A stretch of 56,945 nucleotides of DNA, filler included, from Asterionella formosa (lineage: Eukaryota), in the NCBI GenBank assembly GCA_002256025.1. It is 5 parts of 5 records of this genome, joined end to end, with 100 filler letters (N's around TTAATTAATTAA, not from the genome) between each part and the next. Parts side by side here need not be neighbours in the genome. Positions count along the whole stretch, not along the records: positions 34,258 to 45,557 come from NKIB01008617.1; positions 45,658 to 56,945 come from NKIB01008630.1; 3 more parts are not named here. One strand, 5' to 3'. This document shows, piece by piece, positions 35,172 through 45,844 of this stretch. Made by a program: the position numbers and the translations under genes. The notes under the pieces are model-generated. The model saw nothing but the letters and a program-made list of their open reading frames with translations. It was not told the DNA's origin and did not search any database. Position 1 is the stretch's first letter; every line of letters begins with the position of its first letter.

Positions 35172-36919
35172 CTATAGTTGTTTAATATACACAATTCTGG
35201 GAAAGCCTTGAGTACCAAGTTGACCCAACTTTTCAACCAATTCAATAGTTTTGGGCCACCTCATGCGATTGTTCTGAATGCAACAAATAGCTAGTTCACA
35301 CACAGAGGCCAGAATTCCATCTGCCCATTCCTTTGCTTGAGGATCAACATCTTTTACCAATTTTGGAATTGCCAATTTCAATGCCTCTGCTGGAGTTCCT
35401 TCAAAATCACTTGGGAAGTAGCGTTCAGAGAAATCTTTCAACTTTGTGCTATCATTTTGGAGGCAGCCTGTTACAAGCTCAATCATGACAATGACAAATG
35501 AGTAAACATCACATGCTGATACATATTTTCCACCCTGAAGATGAAATGGACATATGTAGCCAGGTGTCCCATATGTTCCATCACCTGCTGTGTAACGAAC
35601 TGAGGAAGGAATTGGATTGGTTGTTACTGAGCTACCTTTAGGCACAAACTTGGCTAAGCAACAATCAATCAGCTTGGCAGTATAGTTCTGATCAAGGCAG
35701 ATATTAGATGACTTGATGTCACGATGAAACAGAGTGTGGCCGTCCGGTTTTATAGTATGAAGGAAGTCGATGGCAGAAATAATTTCGTTCATGATTCGAA
35801 GTCGGATCTTACTTGAGAAAATTAATCTTTTTTGTTCACTCTTATAGAATTTATCAAGTGACCCATTGGATAATAACTCATACACCAAGTATTGATCAGA
35901 TACCACGTGTTGATCAGATGAAACAGGGGACAAATGATAGCCGTACAAAGTTACAATATGAGGGTGTTGGAACCTCTTTAATACCTGAAACAGTATGATG
36001 GAATATTGAGAAACATAATAGACTTGAAACAACCTGCAATAGATGATACTACAGATGAGCTTACCTCCAATTCTTTTTTAAAAGTCTTAATAATTTTTAA
36101 TTTTTTCTTATCTTCCAAAAAAGTTAAATTGAAACGAAGACATTTCACAGCAAAATACCGATTGTCATCCATGCCTTTGTAGACAGCACCAAAAGCTCCT
36201 TCACCTAGTTTCAAGGCAGCAAAGTTGTTTGTACAACTAATAATGAATTCCTTAGGAAGCTCGATTGGTCTTTTATTCACATTGTCAATAGCCTCATCCA
36301 TTTTCGATCGACCAATGGAAATGAGATTTATGCGGTTTATGTTTGCATCAATGAGTTTGTTTATATCATTTCGTAAATTGTCACCAATTGAATTATAAGA
36401 GAGTTCAAGTCTAGTCAAAAAAATATTGTCCTTGAGAGCCTCTGCAATGGCCTTGGCTCCGTCATTACCAATTGAATTATCACCGAGATAAAGTATAGTC
36501 AAGACAGTTTTGACCTTGAGAGCCTCTGCAATGGCCTTGGCTCCGTCATTACCAATTGAATTATAACCGAGATTCAGTGTAGTCAAGACAGTATTTCTTT
36601 TGAGAGCCTCTGCAATGGCCTTGGCTCCGTCATTACCAATGGAATTACTTTGGAGAGAAAGTGTAGTCAAGACAGTATTGACCTTGAGAGCCTCTGCAAT
36701 GGCCTTGGTTCCGTCATTACCAATTGAATTAGTATCGAGATCAAGTCTAGTCAAGACAGTATTGACCTTGAGAGCCTCTGCAATGGCCTTGGCTCCGTCA
36801 TTACCAATTGAATTATTATAGAGATCAAGTTCAGTCAAATTTGGATCATTCGCTTTCAACCGTTTGACATATTTCTCCAATTCTGTTTCTGTCTTCTTTC
36901 GACGAAAAGCTTTTAGCAT
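35172..36919 (-). CDS. Cytosolic RNI-type LRR + IRAK/Pelle-like (TKL) kinase; exons 36919-36065 and 35984-35172
   Basis: About five 28-aa repeats (NSIGNDGAKAIAEALKVNTVLT.L.L); LGEGAFGAVYKG, FAVK; 80-nt GT-AG intron joining ELE/VLKRFQHPHIV; HRDIKSSN, DCCLAK, GTPGY, DVYSF. The 3' end may extend further. Confidence 0.82.
36395..36835 (-). repeat. 84-bp coding tandem repeat (LRR units)
   Basis: TTGAGAGCCTCTGCAATGGCCTTGG.TCCGTCATTACCAAT recurs every 84 bp, almost identically. Confidence 0.93.
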
Positions 36920-38129
36920 TTTCAAAAGCGTCTTGAATGTAATGAGAGTTGTCTATTGTTTATTCGAGCGACTTCTTTGTTTGGTTCTTGTTCGTGTCTC
37001 GTCGTCGTCGATTGAAAAGTAATTCTTGAGCCCTAATAGTTTGTCGTATTATTCTACGTAAAAGATGCAATTCATTATTAAACCTGCAGGATATACCGGT
37101 ATGGAAGATGCTGGAAATTTTGTTCATTCTCATATATACCGTAAGTTGTCTATTGTGATTGACGAGCGACTTCTTTTTTGGTTCTTGTTCGAGTGAAAAG
37201 TGTTTTTTGTGTTAAAACTCCTTTTCTCGTGCTGCCAAAATAGTTTCTCTCCCACTTGTCGTAGAATTCTACGCAACTCATTCCTCCTGCATGATAGATG
37301 GAAGATGCCGGAAATATAGCTACATATGATCCATGATGATGATCGTATGTATACGATTGATAGAAGGGCTTATATAAACCTGTTCGCGTATGTAATAATA
37401 ACATTCATTTGCTTGTGTGTCGTATGATGTTGCTCGTGTTTGTAATTCTTGACTCTTGTCCATCATAGTACTAACATAGTCTAACCGTAATTATTTCTCT
37501 ACCAACTGATGTCATTGAGTTCTAAATGAAATCATAACCATGATGATGCCGGAACTTTTGTCCATCATATAATATGTTTGTACATATGCCCTGCGTTGTA
37601 TATATACATAAGTAATGAACATGGTGATGAGGACATTTTGAGAAATTATGAGCTATTAATTACACTTTTTATACAGTGTATTGGCACACCGGTATCATTA
37701 CAACAGGTACATTTATTGGAAAAATACCGGTGGTACCATTCCACATTGTATGCAATAATTGTTATATAGGAGAAGGTTGAAGTTTAGTCCAATGTATTTT
37801 GTCAATTTTGATGCATCCAGAAATTTGGCCAAGAGGTGCATGATTATACCATTTGAAGGGAGCAAGTTTGTCATTAATTTGTTGTATCATGGATTTTACG
37901 TAGACAACTTCATCCTTCTTGAAAGAAGAGTTGCAAGGAACTCGTCCAAATACTTTGTTCAACATTTTTAAATCTAAATAGGAGGTCAAAATTTTGTTGA
38001 TACAAAATTGAAGAACAGTTACTGTATTTCCAACTGAAACATCTACCTGCTACTGGTAATCTGTATACCGGTATAGATGATAAAATGTTATGATCATATG
38101 ATGTACACATGAAAAATTTCTGCCAAATA

Positions 38130-39050
38130 AGGGGCTTGAATAATTAACTACCAAAATCCTTATGTATAAATAATAATACTACTAATGGGTCGTGACTTAC
38201 ACCAATTGAATGGTCCAAATAAGTAGTTCCAACGGATGTAGAAAATATTGATGCAAAAAAATTTCAGAAACAATACCGGTATACAAAGTCGTGGAAAACA
38301 ATGGACAGATCATGCATTGAATATATTCCAATTATGTATATGTGAATATGATCATCATGGGTTATACCAGACAAGCCATATTGAGAGTCCCATTGAATTT
38401 TAAAAATGTAGGACACTTGATGTTTTTATATATTTACTAATTTTATAACTAAATACATGGCAAATAATGCCTGCTTTGTGAAAAGAAATATTGTAGTAAA
38501 GTATATGACAAGAAAAGTTTACGCAATGACGAAAAACATTGTGGCTTCGACACATTGCGCCTTCGAAGGATGTAGAATGTTTAAGATAATGAGGCTATCA
38601 ATGTGATACGTGAATGACAATCTTTAGGAGGCAAACAACAAGGAAATAGTAAACTAAGCGCAAGTTTCCTTTCTTCTCAATTGATTCAATAGCTCATTTT
38701 GCTTGTTGTGGCTGGTGCATCAATGTGAAACAAAATAATATTGGTAAGTGCTCTTTTCCTTGGACTTATTCACTACTTTTGGAACATAACTGACGGACAC
38801 GTTTACCTTCTTACAAAGTTAAGCTCACGAAAATGAATCGGTAAGTTTGCTTTTTATTCGACAACATTGGATACCTGATATATACTTATTCAAGAATTGA
38901 CTGAAAATTTATTATTACAGACATATGCATCAGTTTTTTTTAATTTGTGCTAAGTGAAGCAAGAGAATATAATGTAATTGCGTGGTGTTGTTCCTTCTCA
39001 TTGTTACTGTAACAGCATAGGACAAAAAAACCAATCAAACAACGGAATTG
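38130..39050. repeat. Dispersed repeat family B, diverged copy 3
   Basis: Shares TAAGGGGCTT, GTCGTGGAAAAC, GATTCAATAGCTC...GGTAAGTGCT and ATATGCATCAGTT...TAAGTGAAGCAAGA, in order, with 25600-26550. Confidence 0.7.
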
Positions 39051-39824
39051 TCGGCGAGTTCAGAGTGTCACTAGAATCAGGGAAAGAGATGGGACATTAA
39101 GCACTGCATGGCAAAAGATTCAGAATAGAGAAAGGGCAAGACAGGAACAATATACCTTGATCTGAGTAGAGAGAGAAACATTGGGTACCTGATCTGTAGA
39201 ATCATATTAGCATTGATAAATTTGATAGGTAAATTACGATCCATTTCAATCTATTTTGAACAATGCTTATGATTAGAATCATGATCATGCTTAAGATAGA
39301 TTTAAGATGAAAAAATTCACATGATAGCATAGAGATTTACGATGAAACAATTCACATGCGTTGTAGTAACAATTTATGTTTAGCGATCACGAGAAGTGAA
39401 AATAAATTGAGAAGGATTATGACATTGATATAAAATGTTGAAAGGAATGGTTTACGCTATTTGGTTGAGCATGTTGCCTTTGATCTGACTTTGTGTGGCT
39501 CGATTCCCGCAATATTTTTGAGAAGCAATTGTTGGGTTCGACTCCCATACACCTTACCGTCCCGCACGGTCTTGCCTTCTGTGCAAGAAATAGTGTGTTG
39601 CCCCCCTACAAGCAGCTTATGCCGCCTTCCTAGGCGGTCGGAGTTTCCCCTAACCCTGCAGCTAAGACAATCATCTTTCGTGAAGGGTGGTTGGGGACTC
39701 ACCTAGCTACGCTAACATAACTAGGGAAGCACAGGCAGCACAATGAATACTTGCCTTGAAAAAGAGGAGAAGGAAATGGGCTATTAAACAGATTATCATT
39801 TTTATCTGAAATGTTGTTGATCAG

Positions 39825-40367
39825 TTGATATACATTGTTGACCTAAACATTATGTCCGCGATGCAAACAATGCAGTCTAACAATGCTGTTGCATTGTCCC
39901 AGTACATTCAATCATCACAGCTCTCACAATCTCGAAAAAGGCTTCATAACATGACGGGTATGACAGAATCTATTAGTGCTGCTACTGTCATGCATGTGAT
40001 AAAGCGAAACAAGATGCATGATGAATAAAAGCGCCTTCTCCGGAATCCCGAACACTGTTGTGCTAACCACACATTCTTTGATGATGTACTATCTCTCACA
40101 CACAGGTTTCATATTATTGAACCTACTGAATCGAAAAACGCCAGTGATGATATTGCCCTTACAAAAGTTTTAGGAGTTTTGAGAAAGTGTGGACTGGGTC
40201 AAATTGACATAAACAACTTGAAAAAGATGGGCCATGAAGGCCTTGTACATTGCCATTGTCACACGTATTTAGCAAATGCGCGGTGTAAACATGCATGTGC
40301 ATTTGCATTTGACAGGGAGATTATTACCACATTTGCTAAGACAATGCATCCAAAGCCAAGTATTTAG
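39825..40367 (+). mobile_element. Mutator/MULE transposase C-terminal remnant with SWIM zinc finger
   Basis: HCHCHTYLANARCKHACAF fits CxC-x(n)-CxH; upstream frames are broken. Confidence 0.6.
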
Positions 40368-40603
40368 AATAGAGCTTCCGGACGGAACAAACATGCAAAA
40401 CATGGGGGAAACTTGGATATTCATTGATAAATTTTTTAATCATACTATGCATGTGCGTTTGCATTTGACAGGGAGATTATTACCACATTTGCTAAGACAA
40501 TGCATCCAAAGCCAAGTATTAAGAATAGAGCTTCCGGACGGAACAAACATGCAAAACATGGGGGAAACTTGGATATTCATTGACAACTTTTTTAATCATA
40601 CTA
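40291..40603 (+). repeat. 156-bp tandem duplication
   Basis: ATGCATGTGC.TTTGCATTTGACAGGGAG... starts at 40291 and 40447, with few mismatches. Confidence 0.93.
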
Positions 40604-40684
40604 CGGAAAGTTACATATGATATAAGTAAATTTTTAAGTACGCGTTATAGAAGCTCGACTATTGTGGGGATCATTGGGTTGCAC

Positions 40685-42110
40685 TGGCGTCTGCAAATAA
40701 AAAACCATCATATTCCTTTGATGCATCATAGGATTATGATCATCTGATCATAATTTTTTGTTATATCATCTAATAATTTTGATAAATGCCCTCGTATTTT
40801 AAATAGTAAACCTTTTGACTATGTATACATATAATTACTATATTTATTGTTTCTATTCAGTTCCTTTATTTAAATTTCTTGGTAGGATAATGTCGTACCA
40901 GCTAAAGTAATGTGGTTAGGCTCATCATCCTCTCCAGTCCACACTCTGATTCTTGCTACAACGACAAAGCAGCCATGTCGAGAGGAACAAGTGTTTATGA
41001 TTAAATCCTCATTTGTTGTTCAAGTCATCATATGTCTTCGATTAATCATCATCGACAGTGCACAGTATGTTTTTATGCAATCCGTTAAGATCTTGAAAAG
41101 AAATCCAATGAAGACGAAATGGCTCATCACACAAGACGAATATTTCCGGTCTGTCACCAGAGCATTGATCAGTGTTACAACATTAATCATACCTAAACAA
41201 CATCCATTATAGAACAGCAGCACAGTCTACTTCTATGCTACATCGTCTCTCTAACGAGAACATGATATATTTAGAATTGAAAGGCAGCATGGCAGGAGAT
41301 ATGCACAAAGAAGCAAGAGACTGTCTATGTATAGTAACAGAGTGATTCTGGTTTCGTAATTTTCATGTCTCATTAGATTTCCTTTGTCATCATACTAGTT
41401 CCTTACCTTTGATGACAGGAGCGTATTCTTTGTTTGATGTATCTGGAATGGTTCAATGGATGGCAGCAGTTTGATTTAGAAACAAAATAAGACAAAAGCA
41501 CGACTTTTTAGATGTTCATGAAAAGCGAAACACTTTGGCATATCCACCACGAGCCAGTCTATACTACTGCAAAAATTCAAGAAGCACAAGTTGAATTCTC
41601 GTTTATTGATTCTAGTTTCAGTAGTGCAATGTAAAAAAAGAAACCGAAAGTAACATTTCATCTAGTTATGGTTTTCATTTTACTACTATTGATTGAGAGG
41701 AAGCAATGGTAGAATGCCAAACAGGCGGGTGTAAACAACACAGAGGAGCTAATTTTTCTTCCCAATGATCCCAGACCCTCTTGGATGTCACTTGCTACAG
41801 AAAATGGAGAACAGCCGCCATGATCTGTTGATTGTTGTTGTATGGTGCCACTGACCAAAACCTCCAGAAATCGCAATGAGCGAGTTGTTTCTTGACTTGA
41901 ATGACCAAGGGATCAAAACCAGTGCAAAAAGCAAAAGGGAACAAAAAATTCTCTGCAAACATCAGGACAATTGTGAAAGAGAAAGGAAGGTTGAGAGGGG
42001 AAGTAAAGGGATTATTGCTGGTCTTGCTGGAACAAGGATGGATTGACCCAAACAATGTTGACAAATAGATACTACTTACCGGAAAAAGGAAGCAATGCTT
42101 TTGGCATCAT
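40685..42110. repeat. Dispersed repeat family A, copy 2
   Basis: Colinear with 12053-13475. Confidence 0.9.
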
Positions 42111-42111
42111 T

Positions 42112-42531
42112 ATGCCAACAAAAGCGGATCCAGATGCATGGATTCGACCAGCCACAAAAGCCAATGGGTTTGACTACTATAAAATGATGCTCATATATGT
42201 TGACGATATCCTATGTACATCCCATGACCCACATGCAACTACGAAGGGCATCCAATCAACATTTAAATTGAAAGACGACAAGATTGAAAAACCAGAAAAT
42301 TATCTTGGGGCACAGCTTACACAAAAGATCATTCATGGAACGGAATGCTGGACAATATCATCAGAGCAGTACTTTAAAGCATCCATAGCAAATGTTGAAG
42401 CAGCGTTGGAGTCAAGTGATCAGAGATTACTATCCCGATTCCCCACACCGATTCAAGCCAATTATCAACCGGAGCTGGACACAACAGCGGAGCTAAAATT
42501 AGAAGCCATCCGCTATAATCAAGAGATATAA
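42112..42531 (+). mobile_element. Ty1/Copia (CoDi-like) RT remnant
   Basis: PTKADPDAWIRPATKANGFDYY...IYVDDILC...YLGAQL...WTISSEQY...YQPELDTT. Confidence 0.9.
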
Positions 42532-43035
42532 TTGGATAAAAGTAGTAAATTTAAAATTGGCAATCAAAAAACAGTTTTTGAACTTTTTCGATTTTCACTT
42601 ATGGCTATCTCGAGCAAAATGCAGATGCATGAGGACCCAATTTTCTTCGAACCATCTATAAGTGCCATCAAATCGATGCAATTGTGTCCGGATGGAGGGA
42701 GAACCTACCTCACACAAATAATGAAATGCGTATCATGCACAGAAATATTCTGTGCCAGTTACAAAGCAAAATTTTATTGGAATTGATATAAATAGTTATT
42801 GATTTGCTAGATATTTAGTTCTAGATGTTACTCACGAATTCCCCTGACTAATCTAGTATATTGCAAAACAGTATGTCTGACCAAAAATCCGTAGGACCAT
42901 AATGGGGCTTCTCATTAGATGATGAAATATAATTGCCTTAAGTTCAAACAAGCAGATGCTTGTAAGTCAACTATTCCAGAAGGTCGAAGATAAAAAATTT
43001 GTATGTATGTACACAAGTCATCAAAGCAAAGGTGA

Positions 43036-44606
43036 CTAACCAGTACAATTCAAGCTCTCTTTACAGGAACTGCTGCAGTTGCAAATTAGTGGTGGGCAAA
43101 CAAAAATGTACTGTATTGGTGAAATAATACATGCTTCTGTTGGAACTGTGCCTGTAAAGTTGTTCTTTCCAAGAGATAATAAGGCTGCCAAGAAAGTGAA
43201 ATATTAGCACAAACTTTCAAGAAAAGTAAGTTTAAGCTCAAATAACTCACTCAATGCAGACATGAGACCAATTTCTGTGGGAATTGTACCAGTAAACTTA
43301 TTGCTTCCAATCCTAAATGCTGTGATGTTGGCCAACTGTCCAAGCTCTACTGGAATTGGACCAGTAAGCTGGTTCTGGAATAAAAGCAACTTTGTAATAC
43401 TTGTCAGAAGACCCAGTTCACTTGGTAGTGATCCATCTATGGCATTTGTTGAAAAATCAATAGATTCTTTGTCGTAAAATGATTTGACTCATTTCATTAG
43501 CGAGCGATCTTCAATTATTTATTTTTGTCTCTTGCCGGGTATGTTAACTTACCCAATCTTGACAAAAGACCAATTTCCGGGGGAATAGACCCCAATAAGG
43601 TATTGTTAGTCAAATCTATCGAAATGACCTGGCCCACATTATTGCATGTCAATCCAGACCAATCATCACAATAATTGTGGATACTAAATAGCCACGACCT
43701 GCTATTGAATTGGTCTTTCGTACCTTGGTTGAGCCACTGGTCTCCAGAGGTTGCATAATAAAGGGTCACCAATGCATAGATTTGGAGCAATTCAGTATCC
43801 ATGATTTCTGTAGTACCTGGCTCACTTTCTAACCAGATCGTTGCCTGCTGCTGTGGGGAGCCGTCAGTCAAAAGTGCAGCCCCCTTATCAAACGAGGTTT
43901 TAGATAGCAAGGAGAACAAAGCAGACGTAGGACTTGGTGATGGAGGAATTGATGTTGGATTCGATGTGAAAGGAGCCAATGTCTCATTGCCTGACTTGTT
44001 CCGAGTAAGCACAACTGCAACTACAGCAGCAACAATCGCAACAAGACTTGTGAGTCCACAAGATACCATGATGTTAATCATGCTACGGCGACGTTGGGCT
44101 TTCCCTTCAGCTTCAGCGTCGATGGCCGTCACAGTGGTAAACATAACAGGGACAGAATCATCAACAAGAGTGGCATTCACGGCCTCCTGTTGGCTTCCCT
44201 CTATGCTATGCATGGCAAGTGGTTGCTGAATTATTCCCTGGGACTCCACTAAAGACCATTCATCGTTGGTACTTGACCTTGCATGACCACTCCCTCCCAC
44301 CGCGACTGCTCCAGGAAGTGTTTGTGGAGGTGCTCCCAGTTCTTCATGCTCCACCACCGCAGGAGAACCCCCCTGCAAAATGTTAGGCCCTCGTCCAGCC
44401 CTGCGGTTAACATGATGTTCCTTCCCATCAATGTCTTCTCCATGTAAAAACTCAGAGTCCCAAGCTCGTTCTTCCTCCTTTGCTTCGTCAGCAAAAGGCA
44501 CCCTGCTGGCATAATCGCTCTTCTGTTTTGCAGTGCCAGAAGGTTTCAGTGACCTTACATGATCATTTTGGCTGCCTTTCTTGACTTCCTTGCTGTCGTT
44601 GTTCAT
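43036..44606 (-). CDS. Type II membrane LRR receptor-like protein, short paralog; exons 44606-43553, 43466-43251, 43184-43036
   Basis: Same architecture and intron positions as 16428-18988 (PFADEAKEE, PGAVAVGGSG, QEAVNATLVD, SMINIM.SCGLT, TM, N-cap); only 3 LRRs in exon 2; ends CPPLICNCSSSCKESLNCTG*. Confidence 0.88.
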
Positions 44607-45247
44607 ACTGCTGCTTGTTGTATATTGTGTTTAGTGCGCAGAATAATCACAACAGTAAGGCAAGGACAAGATTGTGTGGAGAAGAAAAGAACAAAGCAAC
44701 AAACGAACAAGCAAAACTTCGCAAAAAATATTCTCAAGGGAGGTCTGCAAAAAGAAGATTCGTTTATCGTGGAAAATACTATGTACGGGTGAACGAATAT
44801 TGCAGTGCAGTGTGGGCGCGTGGATGAACGTATCGTGTCATACAGTACAGGGGACTAACTAGCCATTAGAGTGTTTTAGCGATAGTACAGCGTGCAAGCT
44901 TGGAGCAGCAAATACGCTAGAACGGCGTAGGTGTATAACCTTTATCTTTCTTTCCTTTTGCACCATGTAAGTTGTTCTGCCGACCACACTAGCGTATTAT
45001 TCGGTTTATCAGACCCAGCGCTCTACCGATGAGCACTTGAGTTATCTTTGAATCGGAGAAGAGCGTACAGTGTGAGCAAATAGGAGCGTCGAATTCGAAC
45101 CATCGAGACAAGGCGTCTGGCGTTACGTGTTCGTAACGAATTTTTCATATTCAGTATGTAGTGTCACGTGTGCGTACCGAATTTGGATGATAATGATCAT
45201 TCGCAGGCGTCGGTGACCGTGTGCACTCGAGTCGTACCGACGGGTAT

Positions 45248-45365
45248 CCGCAGACGACCAGCGAGCGATAGCGATTGTGGCCGGAGTTGAACTGATCACT
45301 CAACGACCGCAGACGACCAGCAAGCGATAGCGATTGTGGCCGGAGTTGAACTGATCACTCAACGA
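45248..45365 (+). repeat. 59-bp tandem duplication
   Basis: CCGCAGACGACCAGC.AGCGATAGCGATTGTGGCCGGAGTTGAACTGATCACTCAACGA at 45248 and 45307. Confidence 0.93.
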
Positions 45366-45557
45366 CGGCATTGGCGTAACTGTGCTGCCTGCACACAAGT
45401 ACTATTTGTTACAGCGGGAATCCACTGACAACATGCGTTTGCGTTTGCGAAATACTATCATTCTCTTTTCCCAGCAAATCCACTCATTATCATGGCGAAT
45501 AACTTGGTCGGAGTCGCCCACGTTCTGTGGGCAATCGGTTTTGAGGTTGCTGTCGAA

Positions 45558-45657
45558 NNNNNNNNNNNNNNNNNNNNNNNNNNNNNNNNNNNNNNNNNNN
45601 NTTAATTAATTAANNNNNNNNNNNNNNNNNNNNNNNNNNNNNNNNNNNNNNNNNNNN
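45558..45657. other. Artificial contig spacer
   Basis: N44-TTAATTAATTAA-N44. Confidence 0.98.
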
Positions 45658-45844
45658 TGCACCTCCTCCTGTTGCTATTCCCTCTCCTTCTACAACTGCT
45701 ACTGCCGATCCACCATTCCTTGATGAAGTTTGAGACTCCGCAAGCAAGTAATTAGATGCAAAGAAGCTCGAGATTAATGTAATGCATCAGAAGAATTCTC
45801 CAACGATGATGCTGCCCTGCAAAAGTGTAAAACGTAAAGTAATA

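Noticed and set aside
16428..44606. Physical cluster of LRR receptors and LRR-kinase as one locus
   Set aside because: The long LRR gene is on a different contig; only the kinase and the short LRR gene share a contig, about 6 kb apart with TE debris between.
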